Shown here one piece after another: positions 35,308 to 45,452 of a stretch of DNA of 64,000 nt. The position numbers and the translations under genes are program-made. The notes beneath the pieces were generated by a model. That model was not told the origin of the DNA. It did no database searches and was given only the letters and a program-made list of their open reading frames with translations. Each line of letters begins with the position of its first letter. Position 1 is the first letter of the stretch. The stretch comes from Candidatus Saccharimonadota bacterium (GTDB taxonomy: Bacteria; Patescibacteriota; Saccharimonadia; CAILAD01; BJGX01): positions 574,297 through 638,296 of the forward strand of contig JAXLZU010000001.1 of NCBI GenBank assembly GCA_046350735.1, read 5' to 3'.

Positions 35308-38211
35308 CTATGCCTTTTGCAAAGAAATAGTTAACTTCATACCCTCAATTGTAACATCCTTTGTAAATGCATGGTTCTGAGATTTTAGATCTAATGTTGT
35401 AGCTAATACCTCGTTTTTTAGTAATTTTTCGAACTCGCTAATTGCAGTTTTGAGTGTATTTTCATCGGTCTGCAAAGCAAGCTCAATACGGTTATCTACT
35501 TCGAGTTCTGCTTCTTTTCTGGCCTGTTGAATATTTCTAATTACCTCACGTACCCATCCCTCGTTTTGCAGAGTTTGAGTAATTTTTGTATCCAAAGATA
35601 CTTTTAGGATATCGGCTTTTTTTACAACAATGCTTTTGGTGTTCAACTCATCGGTAATTATCGAAGCCAAGTCTTTAGAAAGAGCTTTGGGGCTTTGCAG
35701 AGTTACTTTGGCGAGAGGTTGGCGTACCTTAATACCTGCACTCGCACGAGCTGCCAAACCATCATTAACCACCTGTCTAACTAGAGACATTTGCTCTAAG
35801 ATGCTCGTTGCTTGGGTAGAATCTGATGTTGGCCATTGACTGAGATGCACAGACTCTGGTGCCTTAGTAATATCGGCTACCAAATGTCGATAAAAGTAAT
35901 CAGAAGCAAATGGTGCATAGGGCGCCAATAGCTGACAAACCCTTACCAGTGCCCAATGAAGCGTTCTATACGCATCTGCCTTGTCATTATCGTCTTCGCT
36001 CTTCCAGAAACGTCGTCGACTACGACGTATATACCAGTTAGACAACTCATCTACTAACTCATAGACTGGCCAACTTGCCTTGGCAAGGTCGTAATTTTCG
36101 GCGGCATCTGTACAGACAGTAACTGTATTGTTTACCAGTGCCACCAGCCAGATATCGAGTGGGTTAGATAGATTGGTTGGCACTTCTAGACCCTCTGGCT
36201 TCCAGCCATCAATCTCGGCATACATCGATAGAAACGATACACTATTCCCAAGGGTCATAAATAGATTGCGATTAATGTCACGTAGGGCTGTTCTGTCAAA
36301 GCGCATATAATCGGCCGTTACTGCTGGAGTACTAGAGAGCAAATAAAATCGTAAGCTGTCTGCACCTTCGGTAGCAAAAACATCTTCTATAGGCGGGTAA
36401 TTCTTAAGTCGCTTGGAGAGCTTTTGGCCGTCTGCTGCCATTATCATGCCATTAACTAAAACATTCTTATATGCCGGTTTATCAAATAGAATGGTCGAGA
36501 TAACATGTAACACATAAAACCACAATCTAGTTTGATCAAGCCCTTCACCAATATAGTCAGCCGGAAAACTCTGCTCAAACTGCTCTTTATTATCAAACGG
36601 AAAGTGTTTCTGCGCATATGGCATAGAGCCAGACTCAAACCAACAATCAATCACTTCTTCAACCCTTCGATAGGTCTTGCCGTCTTTTTTGATAACAACG
36701 TCATCAATATAGGGACGATGCAAGTCACTTAGATCTGGTGAGCCTTCTGCTAATTCTTGCAACTGCTGTATGCTCTCAATAACAATATAGTCAGTCTCAT
36801 CACTCTCATTTACCCAAATAGGTACGGGTGCTCCCCAGTATCTATTACGACTAATTGCCCAGTCTCTTGCGCCCTCTAGCCATTTACCAAAACGTCCAGT
36901 GCTAATGTTTTCTGGTGTCCATCTAATATCTTTGGCAGAAGTAAGCAGCTGATCTTTTATCTTCGATACCGCAATAAACCATGTGTCAATAGCATAGTAG
37001 AGTAGCGGTGTATCACAGCGGTAACAGAAAGGATATGTGTGCTCGAGTTTCTCAGCAGCATACATAGACCCCTTTTGGGTTAACTCTTCAACAATTATAT
37101 TGTCGGCTCCCTTAAAGAATTTACCTTCAAAACCATCCAAACCAATTCCCGATTTGATTTTTCCTTCGGTATCTACCGTCTGTAATACCGGAATATCATT
37201 GGCCTGCCCCAGAGCTAAATCATCCTCCCCAAAGGCCGGAGCAACATGTAATACACCCGTTCCATCTTCTGTACTTACAAACTCAGCTGGCCAGATTTTG
37301 TATAGATTATCATTTTGCGGGGTATTTTGTAGTCTAAATACTGGTTCGTATCTGCGTCCTACCAGGTCTTTACCACTCATCTTTTCGAGTACTTCAAAGG
37401 TATCGCTATTGAGGCTCTCTAGTCGGGTCTCGGCCAAAATAAGCACTTCACTCTTCTCATCGTCATCTTTGAGCTTCACTTTTACATAGTTGGCATCAGG
37501 CTTAACTGCAAGAGCTGCGTTGCCAGGCAAGCTCCATGGGGTGGTTGTCCAGGCCAGCATGTATTCGTCACTGTCAATCAACTTAAATTTAACAAACACA
37601 CTTGGGTCGAGTACGTTATCTTTATACCCTTCATTTACCTCAAAATTACTCAGCGGCGTGGCACAACGTGGACAATATGGCATGCTTTTGTAGCCTTTAT
37701 ATATGAGTCCTTTTTGATGAATTTGCGCAAACACCCACCATACTGATTCGGTAAAGCTGGTGTCGATTGTAGCATACGCGTGTTCTTTGTCTGTCCAGCG
37801 ACCGATTCTATCAAAAAAGTCTTCCCAGTCTTTTTTGTAGGTAAAGACCGACTCTTTGCAGGCAGCATTAAATTTATCAATACCATACTCAGCAATCTGC
37901 TTTTTACCAGAAATTTCGAGTTTTTTTTCTATCTCGAATTCTACCGGCAAACCATGACAATCCCAGCCATTACGGCGCTCTACATATCGGCCGCGCATAG
38001 TCTGAAACCGACCAATACTGTCTTTTATACTTGTTACTAGACTATGACCAAAATGTGGCAAGCCATTAGCAAATGGGGGGCCATCGTAAAAACTAAATGG
38101 CTCACCCTGCTTGGTCTGCTCGAGAGAACGCTCGAAGATACTGTTTTCTCTCCAGAAAACGAGCATTTCTTCTTCGACTTGTTTGGCATTATATGGAATA
38201 AGTTTTTTCAC
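35308..38211 (-). CDS. ileS: Isoleucine--tRNA ligase
   Basis: It has the HIGH motif PFANGLPHFGHSL and the KMSKS motif KLSKRL. The likely start is GTG 38211, preceded by AAGGAG; the track ORF begins at an upstream TTG. Confidence 0.95.
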   Translation of the reverse strand: MKKLIPYNAKQVEEEMLVFWRENSIFERSLEQTKQGEPFSFYDGPPFANGLPHFGHSLVTSIKDSIGRFQTMRGRYVERRNGWDCHGLPVEFEIEKKLEISGKKQIAEYGIDKFNAACKESVFTYKKDWEDFFDRIGRWTDKEHAYATIDTSFTESVWWVFAQIHQKGLIYKGYKSMPYCPRCATPLSNFEVNEGYKDNVLDPSVFVKFKLIDSDEYMLAWTTTPWSLPGNAALAVKPDANYVKVKLKDDDEKSEVLILAETRLESLNSDTFEVLEKMSGKDLVGRRYEPVFRLQNTPQNDNLYKIWPAEFVSTEDGTGVLHVAPAFGEDDLALGQANDIPVLQTVDTEGKIKSGIGLDGFEGKFFKGADNIIVEELTQKGSMYAAEKLEHTYPFCYRCDTPLLYYAIDTWFIAVSKIKDQLLTSAKDIRWTPENISTGRFGKWLEGARDWAISRNRYWGAPVPIWVNESDETDYIVIESIQQLQELAEGSPDLSDLHRPYIDDVVIKKDGKTYRRVEEVIDCWFESGSMPYAQKHFPFDNKEQFEQSFPADYIGEGLDQTRLWFYVLHVISTILFDKPAYKNVLVNGMIMAADGQKLSKRLKNYPPIEDVFATEGADSLRFYLLSSTPAVTADYMRFDRTALRDINRNLFMTLGNSVSFLSMYAEIDGWKPEGLEVPTNLSNPLDIWLVALVNNTVTVCTDAAENYDLAKASWPVYELVDELSNWYIRRSRRRFWKSEDDNDKADAYRTLHWALVRVCQLLAPYAPFASDYFYRHLVADITKAPESVHLSQWPTSDSTQATSILEQMSLVRQVVNDGLAARASAGIKVRQPLAKVTLQSPKALSKDLASIITDELNTKSIVVKKADILKVSLDTKITQTLQNEGWVREVIRNIQQARKEAELEVDNRIELALQTDENTLKTAISEFEKLLKNEVLATTLDLKSQNHAFTKDVTIEGMKLTISLQKA

Positions 38212-38232
38212 AATTTCTCCTTTACATAACAA

Positions 38233-38460
38233 AAAACACCGCTCTACTCGCCACTTGGCGAAGCGGTGTCAGGGCTCGGGTTGGTTACCGAACGGTACCA
38301 CCTGACTCTCTCTTAACAACAAGAGAAAACTTCATTTACCGTCTTTACGAGACTTATTACGTCGGGGTCTACTTACTCTTAATACTAGAGGTTCTTCCCG
38401 CTGCTTCGTGGTTGATAGCCACTCATCTGCCAATAAGCAGAGTGCATGTATCTAAGATTT
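38233..38460 (-). promoter_or_regulatory. T-box riboswitch leader upstream of ileS
   Basis: On the minus strand, AGTCAGGTGGTACCGTTCGG matches the T-box consensus AnnnGGGTGGnACCGCG. It is followed by the terminator hairpin ACACCGCTTCGCC...GGCGAGTAGAGCGGTGT plus T6, directly before the RBS. Confidence 0.55.
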
Positions 38461-38492
38461 AGTATACAATACCAACTTATTTCAATCAAGTA

Positions 38493-38753
38493 CTAGACTC
38501 TACCTAATGCAGCAGATATCTGACTAACCTGTGGCAAACTATGCTGCCAAGTATGCACAGGGGCGCCATCGGCACGCGTTACCACAACTGCCGGAGCATC
38601 TAAGATATCAAGCACCTCAGCACTAGCAGCTGCTTCTGGCTCGTCAACATTAAAGAGAGAGTATTCCATACTAGCCTCACTCAGTTGATCGAGTAACAAT
38701 TGGAGTTCTTCGGTAATACCGGTAGAAGCAGTAAAGAATATTTTGATTTGCAT
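38493..38753 (-). CDS. Thioredoxin-fold, NrdH/glutaredoxin-like protein lacking the CxxC motif
   Basis: The pattern IKIFFTASTG...EYSLFNVDEPEAA...APAVVV..DG follows the NrdH/Grx layout, but the active-site Cys pair is ASTG. Confidence 0.35.
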   Translation of the reverse strand: MQIKIFFTASTGITEELQLLLDQLSEASMEYSLFNVDEPEAAASAEVLDILDAPAVVVTRADGAPVHTWQHSLPQVSQISAALGRV

Positions 38754-38859
38754 ATTTTCTATTTTGGGCTACTTTATTCATATTCGCAAATAATATATAA
38801 CTAATAGACCTATAATTAGGTATAATTTAGTATTTCTGTATACATTATTTGTGCTATTG

Positions 38860-39327
38860 CTATTTCTGTGGTTTTTGGCGTTTCTTGAGCCGATAAAATT
38901 CTTTTTCGAAACTTTCTAGATCTGTAAAACTACGATAAACACTGGCAAAACGCACATAGGCAACATCATCGATTACTATAAGTTCTTTCATTACCATTTC
39001 GCCCAGTTCCTGACTAGTAATTTCTTGTTTGTTACCCGAGAGTATTGTCTGCTCTAGTTTGGCTAACATTTGCTCGACAACTTCAGCAGAAACCGGCCGT
39101 TTTTCGACAGCACGATAGATTCCTCGGGCCAATTTCGCCCTATCATAACTTTCTCTCTCTCCACTCTTCTTAATAACCATAAGATGAGGAATCTCGATAC
39201 GCTCGTATGTAGTAAAGCGTGCACCACATTTGGCACACTCGCGACGACGCCGAATAGAAACATCATCGCTGCCATCGCGCGACTCTAAGACCCGGATATC
39301 GGTATGATTACAAACCGGGCACTTCAT
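38860..39327 (-). CDS. nrdR: Transcriptional repressor NrdR
   Basis: It has the MKCPVCNHTDIRVLESR...CAKCGARFTTYE zinc ribbon plus an ATP-cone. Confidence 0.9.
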   Translation of the reverse strand: MKCPVCNHTDIRVLESRDGSDDVSIRRRRECAKCGARFTTYERIEIPHLMVIKKSGERESYDRAKLARGIYRAVEKRPVSAEVVEQMLAKLEQTILSGNKQEITSQELGEMVMKELIVIDDVAYVRFASVYRSFTDLESFEKEFYRLKKRQKPQK

Positions 39328-39341
39328 ACACCACTAACTAT

Positions 39342-40784
39342 TTATAACTTTCGTTTAATAAACGATGGAATATCGTCATCACTACCTTGGCCACTAACCT
39401 TTTTATTGTGACGTAAGAATGCAGGCTTATCGAGATTGTCCTCATCTTCTTCTGAAAAACTTGGCTCTACAGTTTCCACAATAGGCTCGCTTTTATCGAG
39501 TTTGGGCTGCTCACTCTCATTGTGTAACATGTTTTCATCAAGCTCAAACCCAATTAGTTCTTCATCAGCAGGAGGTTCGCTCACTTCAGGCTCAGTTGGT
39601 TCGGCTTGTATCATAGGTACGGTGTCAGTATCTTCGATAGGCTGTGGCTTTTCTCTCCGCAAGAATGGAACTCGCAAATTACGTTCTTGGTGCTGTTTTT
39701 CATATTCTTCAGCAAGAGTAGATTCTTCGCGCGCACCGTTTTGTGTGGGAGAACTTTGAGAACTTGGCACACTAATAGGTGGTAATTCATCACGACTATT
39801 AGCACCAAAACCTAACATAGAACCAAATCTATCGCTTTCAAACCCAGTAGCTACTAGGGTAACTCGTACTTCACCTGTAATATTCTCATCAATTACGGTA
39901 CCAAAGATAATATTTGCTTCTGGGTCAACCGCATCATGAACCAGCTTAGCAGCTTCTTCGATTTCGTGCATACCCATATCTCTTCCGCCTGTGAAGTTAA
40001 TAAGTACACCCTTAGCACCAGTAATAGATACTTCGAGTAGCGGTGAGTCCATGGCCTGTTTTACTGCATCAATTGCACGAGTATCGCCTGCTCCCTGGCC
40101 AATACCCATAAGTGCCGAGCCGGCATCTGACATAATAGATTTAACGTCAGCAAAATCGAGATTAACCAAACCATTTACCGTAATGAGATCGGCAATACCT
40201 TGCACACCCTGCTTGAGAACATCATCGACGGCACCAAAAGCATCAAGTAATGAAGTTTTACGATCAATAATCTGCAAAATGCGATCATTAGGAATAACAA
40301 TAAGAGTATCAACTTTATCACGGAGTTCTTCTATGCCCTGTTCTGACACTTTACGTCGGCGATCGCCCTCGAAAGTAAATGGTTTAGTAACGATACCGAC
40401 AGTAAGTGCGCCAATCTCCTTAGCAATACGGGCCACTACTGGTGCAGCTCCTGTACCAGTACCACCACCTGTACCTACAGTAATAAAGACCATTTCTGAG
40501 TTTTTGAGAGCTTCGTAAATATCAGCTTCTGATTCTTCAGCGGCTTGGCGACCAATATCGGGGTTGGCTCCTGCACCTAGACCCTTAGTGGCTTCTTTGC
40601 CGATATGAACCTTTTTGTTAGCTTGGGAGTAGTGAAGCGCCTGAGCATCGGTGTTTATTGAGACAAAATCAATACCGCGCAGTTTCGATTGAACCATGCG
40701 ATTTAGTGCGTTACCACCACCCCCACCAATACCAACAACTTTAATGCGGGCAAATGTTTCTATTTCTGGCAAAATTTCTGCCAT
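39342..40784 (-). CDS. ftsZ: Cell division protein FtsZ with a long acidic C-terminal linker
   Basis: It has [17 protein letters not shown] and [13 protein letters not shown]. Confidence 0.95.
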   Translation of the reverse strand: MAEILPEIETFARIKVVGIGGGGGNALNRMVQSKLRGIDFVSINTDAQALHYSQANKKVHIGKEATKGLGAGANPDIGRQAAEESEADIYEALKNSEMVFITVGTGGGTGTGAAPVVARIAKEIGALTVGIVTKPFTFEGDRRRKVSEQGIEELRDKVDTLIVIPNDRILQIIDRKTSLLDAFGAVDDVLKQGVQGIADLITVNGLVNLDFADVKSIMSDAGSALMGIGQGAGDTRAIDAVKQAMDSPLLEVSITGAKGVLINFTGGRDMGMHEIEEAAKLVHDAVDPEANIIFGTVIDENITGEVRVTLVATGFESDRFGSMLGFGANSRDELPPISVPSSQSSPTQNGAREESTLAEEYEKQHQERNLRVPFLRREKPQPIEDTDTVPMIQAEPTEPEVSEPPADEELIGFELDENMLHNESEQPKLDKSEPIVETVEPSFSEEDEDNLDKPAFLRHNKKVSGQGSDDDIPSFIKRKL

Positions 40785-40825
40785 AGAACGTTCTCCTTAT
40801 CTAATACAAATTGTAATAATTTCTT

Positions 40826-40854
40826 CTAAAAAGGCAGGCCAGAGATGGCCTGCC
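40826..40854 (-). terminator. Strong hairpin plus T-run in the ftsA-ftsZ intergenic region, about 45 nt upstream of the ftsZ start
   Basis: The 8-bp stem ggcaggcc/ggcctgcc is followed on the minus strand by TTTTT. Confidence 0.5.
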
Positions 40855-41069
40855 AGAACAGGATAAAATCCTTGCCACACACTCTTGTTACGCTTCAAGA
40901 GATACTATTAGTATAGCTAGTTGTAGTGGCTAATACAATATATTTGTTCAAGTTTTTTTAAAAAATCTTATGATTAAAAAATGTGTTCAATATATGTATT
41001 AATGTATTCGTTTAGACAACAAAAAAACGCCTGATTGGCGCATTTACTTACAAATGAGTAATGTATCGA

Positions 41070-42314
41070 CTAAGGCAAAAGTCCTTTAATAATCGAAACC
41101 GCCTTAGCTGAGATAGTATGCAAAACGTTACTATGTCCTATTCTCTTGGTATTTTTTGGTTGTTGCATGTCTTCGAGCATCAAGCCAATAGCCGATGCAT
41201 AGGTTGGGTCAGAGATATGCTCAGCAACACCACTAATATGAGAAACTTTGGCTACCGTAGAGGGGACCTTAAAAACCTCAGTAGCATACCTTCCTAGTTC
41301 GGTAATATTTGCCCCTCCTCCACTAAAAACAATCCCTGCGCCGAGAACTTTAGGGTCTTTAACTACCTTTATAACCTCTTCTTTGGCAAGCGTGAGAATC
41401 TCTTCGAGACGAGAATGTACTATGGTGTCAATATCATACTGATATACATTACCGGCCGAGCCATAATCTTCGAGATTGATCTTTTTATTTGTCTTACCCA
41501 TTGGTCGTCCGGCAATAGCATGATCGAGCTTGATCTTTTCGGCTACTTCTGGAGTAGTACGCAAGCCATAGACCAAGTCTTTGGTAATATTGTTGCTACC
41601 GATTGGCAAAATAGAGGTGTAGCTAATCATGCCATCCTGATAAATTGCTATACCGGTAGTCTCAGCACCTATATGTACAAGTGCCACCCCTGCTTCTTTT
41701 TCACTAAGCTTTAGTATGGCCTTTGCGGCCGCTAGCGGTGTGGGTAGTTGAGAATTAATAGCAATACCTGAGCGAAAAACTGAATTGTGTAGGTTTTTCA
41801 TTGCTGGTATAGAAACTGTTAAGATATGGGTATCTACTTCTAGCTTAATACCATTCATACCGACCGGATCTACCACATTTGTCTGGTCGTCTACCGAGTA
41901 TGAACGAGGTATAACACTCAGAAGCTGGCGATTGGCATTGAGAGTAATGGCACTAGCGGCTTCTTCGGCTCTGGCGAGGTCTTCGAGTGCAATCTCGTGA
42001 TCAGCCCTTGCTACTGCTACAACACCCTTAGAATTCATACATTGCACCTGCACACCATCGACATTAATTGTAGCGCGCTCGATAGCTACCCCACTCATGC
42101 GTTCGGCTTCTTCTAGGGCTGCAGTAATAGCACTTACAGTTTCTTCGACGTCATTCACCACACCTCGACGCACGCCACTAAGAGGTGCAACACCAAGCCC
42201 AATAATACTAGGGGTAGCCGACTCAGCCTGGGCCAGACCAACCACACAAACAACTTTGCTGCTGCCAATATCTAGCCCAACATATGTGGCTTCGTGTTTT
42301 TGCTTTGTGCTCAT
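41070..42314 (-). CDS. ftsA: Cell division protein FtsA
   Basis: It has the actin-fold phosphate-1 motif YVGLDIGSSKV and FtsA-like subdomains. Confidence 0.9.
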   Translation of the reverse strand: MSTKQKHEATYVGLDIGSSKVVCVVGLAQAESATPSIIGLGVAPLSGVRRGVVNDVEETVSAITAALEEAERMSGVAIERATINVDGVQVQCMNSKGVVAVARADHEIALEDLARAEEAASAITLNANRQLLSVIPRSYSVDDQTNVVDPVGMNGIKLEVDTHILTVSIPAMKNLHNSVFRSGIAINSQLPTPLAAAKAILKLSEKEAGVALVHIGAETTGIAIYQDGMISYTSILPIGSNNITKDLVYGLRTTPEVAEKIKLDHAIAGRPMGKTNKKINLEDYGSAGNVYQYDIDTIVHSRLEEILTLAKEEVIKVVKDPKVLGAGIVFSGGGANITELGRYATEVFKVPSTVAKVSHISGVAEHISDPTYASAIGLMLEDMQQPKNTKRIGHSNVLHTISAKAVSIIKGLLP

Positions 42315-42365
42315 ATGTAACGATTATACCTGTTTTGAGCTTATGATTGCAAACAGCAAAAATGC

Positions 42366-43118
42366 TTATGGCAAGGTAAGAATTTCGGCACCGTCCTCGG
42401 TAATAAGTATGGTGTGCTCAAATTGTGCCGACAGGCTTCCGTCTTCGGTTACGTACGTCCAACCATCGTCTGCTAGATAGGTTTCGTGCGTAGAGAGTGA
42501 CGCAATTGGTTCGAGAGCAATAGTCATGCCAGCTTTAAGCGCTTGGCCTGTACCCTTGGTGCCAAAGTTGGCAATAAAAGGATCTTCGTGAACAGTGTGA
42601 CCAACACCGTGCCCACCTAAAGCATCAATAACTTTTAGTCCACCTTCCTCTAGGGTAGCTTCTATCTGAGCGCCAATACTACCCACTCTTACACCATCTT
42701 TGAGAATACTAATAGCATCATTAAGTGCTTTTTGCGTGTAGGTAAGCAGCTTTTGGGCGGCTGGGCTAACTCTGCCAACTGCTACAGTAACCGCCGAGTC
42801 TGTGATCATGCCATTAAATTCAACGCCAAAATCAAGCCCGACTAAGTCACCCTCTTGCACAACTTTTTCACCAGGAATACCATGCACAATTTCGTTGTTA
42901 ATAGATATACAGATGTTAGCTGGAAAGCCATTATACCCCAAGAAAGCTGCTTTGGCCTGACGTTTGGTAAGCTCATCGGCCGCAATAACATCGAGCTGAG
43001 ATGTAGTTACGCCCGGCTTAGTTGCAGCTGCCACGATTTGTAATATTTCACCAAGGATACGCCCACTTTGGCGCATATTCTCTATCTCTTCTGTTGTTTT
43101 TATCTGTGTCTTCATCAT
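42366..43118 (-). CDS. map: Methionine aminopeptidase type I
   Basis: It has the pita-bread fold with the metal ligands D..D..H..E..E (GHGVGHTVHE). Confidence 0.9.
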   Translation of the reverse strand: MMKTQIKTTEEIENMRQSGRILGEILQIVAAATKPGVTTSQLDVIAADELTKRQAKAAFLGYNGFPANICISINNEIVHGIPGEKVVQEGDLVGLDFGVEFNGMITDSAVTVAVGRVSPAAQKLLTYTQKALNDAISILKDGVRVGSIGAQIEATLEEGGLKVIDALGGHGVGHTVHEDPFIANFGTKGTGQALKAGMTIALEPIASLSTHETYLADDGWTYVTEDGSLSAQFEHTILITEDGAEILTLP

Positions 43119-43687
43119 CGTTTCGGTAGGGTTAGTTTTTTGTTAAGTTCTGCATCGAGCTGAGTAAAAATTTCTTTAGGTGACTTACTGGCGTCAATCT
43201 CTATAAAGTTTGTAGGGTATGTGAGTCGAAAATATTCTTTTACTGGCTCGGTAAACTTTTTAAACTCCTTAAGCCGCTCAAGTACCGCATCTGGTGCATC
43301 ATCATCACGGGCACGTAGCTTAAGTCGTAGGCGCACATCTGCATCAGAGACTGCAAAATATACCACTGCCGCTAAGTGAGCATTGGCTTTGGTTAAGTAC
43401 CTCTCGAGTGTATGGGCTTGCTCACTGTGTCGGGGGTAACCATCACTTACAAAAATAGCATCTGACTCTAACGTATGTATCTGCTCGACCAGTAGTCCAT
43501 CTACAATAGAATCTTCTACTAGCTCGCCATGTTTTAGCGTATCTGCCACTACAGCGTCACTCTTGGCGCGAGCACGCACTAAATCACCAAGACGAATTAT
43601 CTCGACAGCGTATTTTTCAGTTAGTAAATCGGCCTGCGTATCTTTACCCGAGCCAGTCTTACCCAAAAAAACAATACACTGCTTCAA
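43115..43687 (-). CDS. adk: Adenylate-kinase-family nucleotide kinase (short form)
   Basis: It has the P-loop GKTGSGKDTQ and is 190 aa long. It overlaps map by 4 nt. Confidence 0.7.
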   Translation of the reverse strand: MKQCIVFLGKTGSGKDTQADLLTEKYAVEIIRLGDLVRARAKSDAVVADTLKHGELVEDSIVDGLLVEQIHTLESDAIFVSDGYPRHSEQAHTLERYLTKANAHLAAVVYFAVSDADVRLRLKLRARDDDAPDAVLERLKEFKKFTEPVKEYFRLTYPTNFIEIDASKSPKEIFTQLDAELNKKLTLPKR

Positions 43688-43688
43688 G

Positions 43689-44060
43689 CTATTTACCCAC
43701 TACATGCATAATAATATCGAAAATTTTAGGAACAAAGATTACCGTAGCTACAATAATTGCACTAATTGCCGTTATCAACACACCAGCAGCAGTCATGTCT
43801 TTGATAATCTTTATCAGTTGATTATTTTCTTGACTAATCAGATCGAGACTTTTCTCGATAGCTGTATTGGTAATTTCGGCAAAAAATACCAATGCTATAG
43901 ATACAACAATAAACAACCATTCTTGTAAATCTATCTTAAGCACAATACTCAACAGTAGAGCCAAAATAGCAAAAAAGATGTGAATTCGGGCGTTACGCTC
44001 TGAGCTAAGCACCATACGTAAACCGTGGGCTGCATAGCGAAAACTCTTAAGGGTTACCAT
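43689..44060 (-). CDS. dgkA: Diacylglycerol/undecaprenol kinase (DgkA family)
   Basis: It has the NxRIH motif NARIHIFFA, the TNTAIE motif and 3 TM helices. Confidence 0.75.
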   Translation of the reverse strand: MVTLKSFRYAAHGLRMVLSSERNARIHIFFAILALLLSIVLKIDLQEWLFIVVSIALVFFAEITNTAIEKSLDLISQENNQLIKIIKDMTAAGVLITAISAIIVATVIFVPKIFDIIMHVVGK

Positions 44061-44509
44061 GGCATATTCCTTGCAGTAAGATTGAGTTTTTTCATAATTG
44101 CATTTTGGGCTTGTTGATACTTTTGCTGATCTTGCAGAGTCTGGTGGTCATTGCCAAGAGTGTGCAAAAGACCATGAACAAACAGTAGACAGATCTCTTC
44201 TTGCAGACTTACATTATACTGCTTGGCTTGAAGGCGTGCAATTGGTGTACAGATAATTATCTCTGCTGCGGCCAAACCTTTCTCGTGTTTTTCTACCGGA
44301 TAGCTCAAGCTAAGCACATCGGTAGGATAATCATTGCCGGTATTACTACTATTAATGTGCCGCGACTCTGCTTTTGTAACAAACGATACGTGTACTTGGC
44401 CATCTAACTGGGCTTTTTGGGTATCAAACGTAACCTCAAGAGCACGTTGCAACAATGACAAAGTAATACCTTCCGGAAGTTTAGTATTCATAACAATCCG
44501 ATTATTCAT
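44054..44509 (-). CDS. ybeY: rRNA maturation endoribonuclease YbeY
   Basis: It has the HGLLHTLGNDHQ (H..H....H) zinc site. Confidence 0.85.
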   Translation of the reverse strand: MNNRIVMNTKLPEGITLSLLQRALEVTFDTQKAQLDGQVHVSFVTKAESRHINSSNTGNDYPTDVLSLSYPVEKHEKGLAAAEIIICTPIARLQAKQYNVSLQEEICLLFVHGLLHTLGNDHQTLQDQQKYQQAQNAIMKKLNLTARNMPW

Positions 44510-44523
44510 ATATAAAGCAGTTG

Positions 44524-45006
44524 TTACGACAGGCGTGATTTTACTATGGCGCTTAACTGTGCACCATCTGCGGCACCTGCAGATTTTTTCTGGGCAACAC
44601 CCATCACCTTACCCATATCGGCCATCGAGGTGGCACCTACTTCGGCAATTGCCTCGTCTACCAATTTTTCGAGATCAGCTTGGCTCATTTTGGCGGGCAA
44701 ATATTCATCGATAATTTCTAGCTCAGCGGTTTCTTCTTTTACCAAATCGTCGCGGCCAGCACTTTTGTATTGCTCGATAGAGTCTTGGTGTTTTTTAGCT
44801 TCTTTTTGTAAGACCGACATTATCTGTTGAGGAGAAAGGTCTTCACCTACTTCTATTTTATAGTTGAGCAATGCTGTTTTTAGCAAACGAAGAACAGTTA
44901 GGCGAATCTGGTCGCGAGCTTTTGCAGCCTCGGCTAAATCAGCCTCAAGCTGAGAAAGGTCGTTTAACGACTTAGCATTCTCTTCTGGCTGCACAGCGTT
45001 TGACAT
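44524..45006 (-). CDS. GatB/YqeY-domain protein
   Basis: LKTALLNYKIE...DEYLP matches the YqeY family. Confidence 0.8.
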   Translation of the reverse strand: MSNAVQPEENAKSLNDLSQLEADLAEAAKARDQIRLTVLRLLKTALLNYKIEVGEDLSPQQIMSVLQKEAKKHQDSIEQYKSAGRDDLVKEETAELEIIDEYLPAKMSQADLEKLVDEAIAEVGATSMADMGKVMGVAQKKSAGAADGAQLSAIVKSRLS

Positions 45007-45009
45007 ATA

Positions 45010-45219
45010 CTACCGAATTCCTAATATTTCGCGAGTTTTAGCTTCTTTACGGATTCGTTTGCGAATAGCCACCTCGCGTGCCTCACGTTTACTTAAGGGT
45101 TTTTCGAAATATCGCTTTTTACGAGCTGTGGCGACAATACCAGATTGAATGACTTTCTTATTAAAACGACGAACCATACTTTCGGTAGATTCACCTTCTT
45201 TGAGAGTAACTTGTAACAA
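45010..45219 (-). CDS. rpsU: 30S ribosomal protein S21
   Basis: It is a 69-aa basic protein: MLQVTLKEGESTESMVRRFNKKV... Confidence 0.9.
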   Translation of the reverse strand: MLQVTLKEGESTESMVRRFNKKVIQSGIVATARKKRYFEKPLSKREAREVAIRKRIRKEAKTREILGIR

Positions 45220-45452
45220 AAGTTGTTTCCTTTCTTAAATATAATCAGCAAAATTGAACTAGAGCGTGGCTATTTTTGTGGCCTCGCTAAATGCTTGCCT
45301 TATTATAGCGAAAATCTACTGTTATGGCAAGATAATTATCAGATAAACTACTGGTGTACATTTTGGAGATAGGGTGAATACATATATTTTTACTATTCTA
45401 AATAAATAAATACTTTATTTAGAGTATTTTTTAGTGTTTTTGTATACATATA

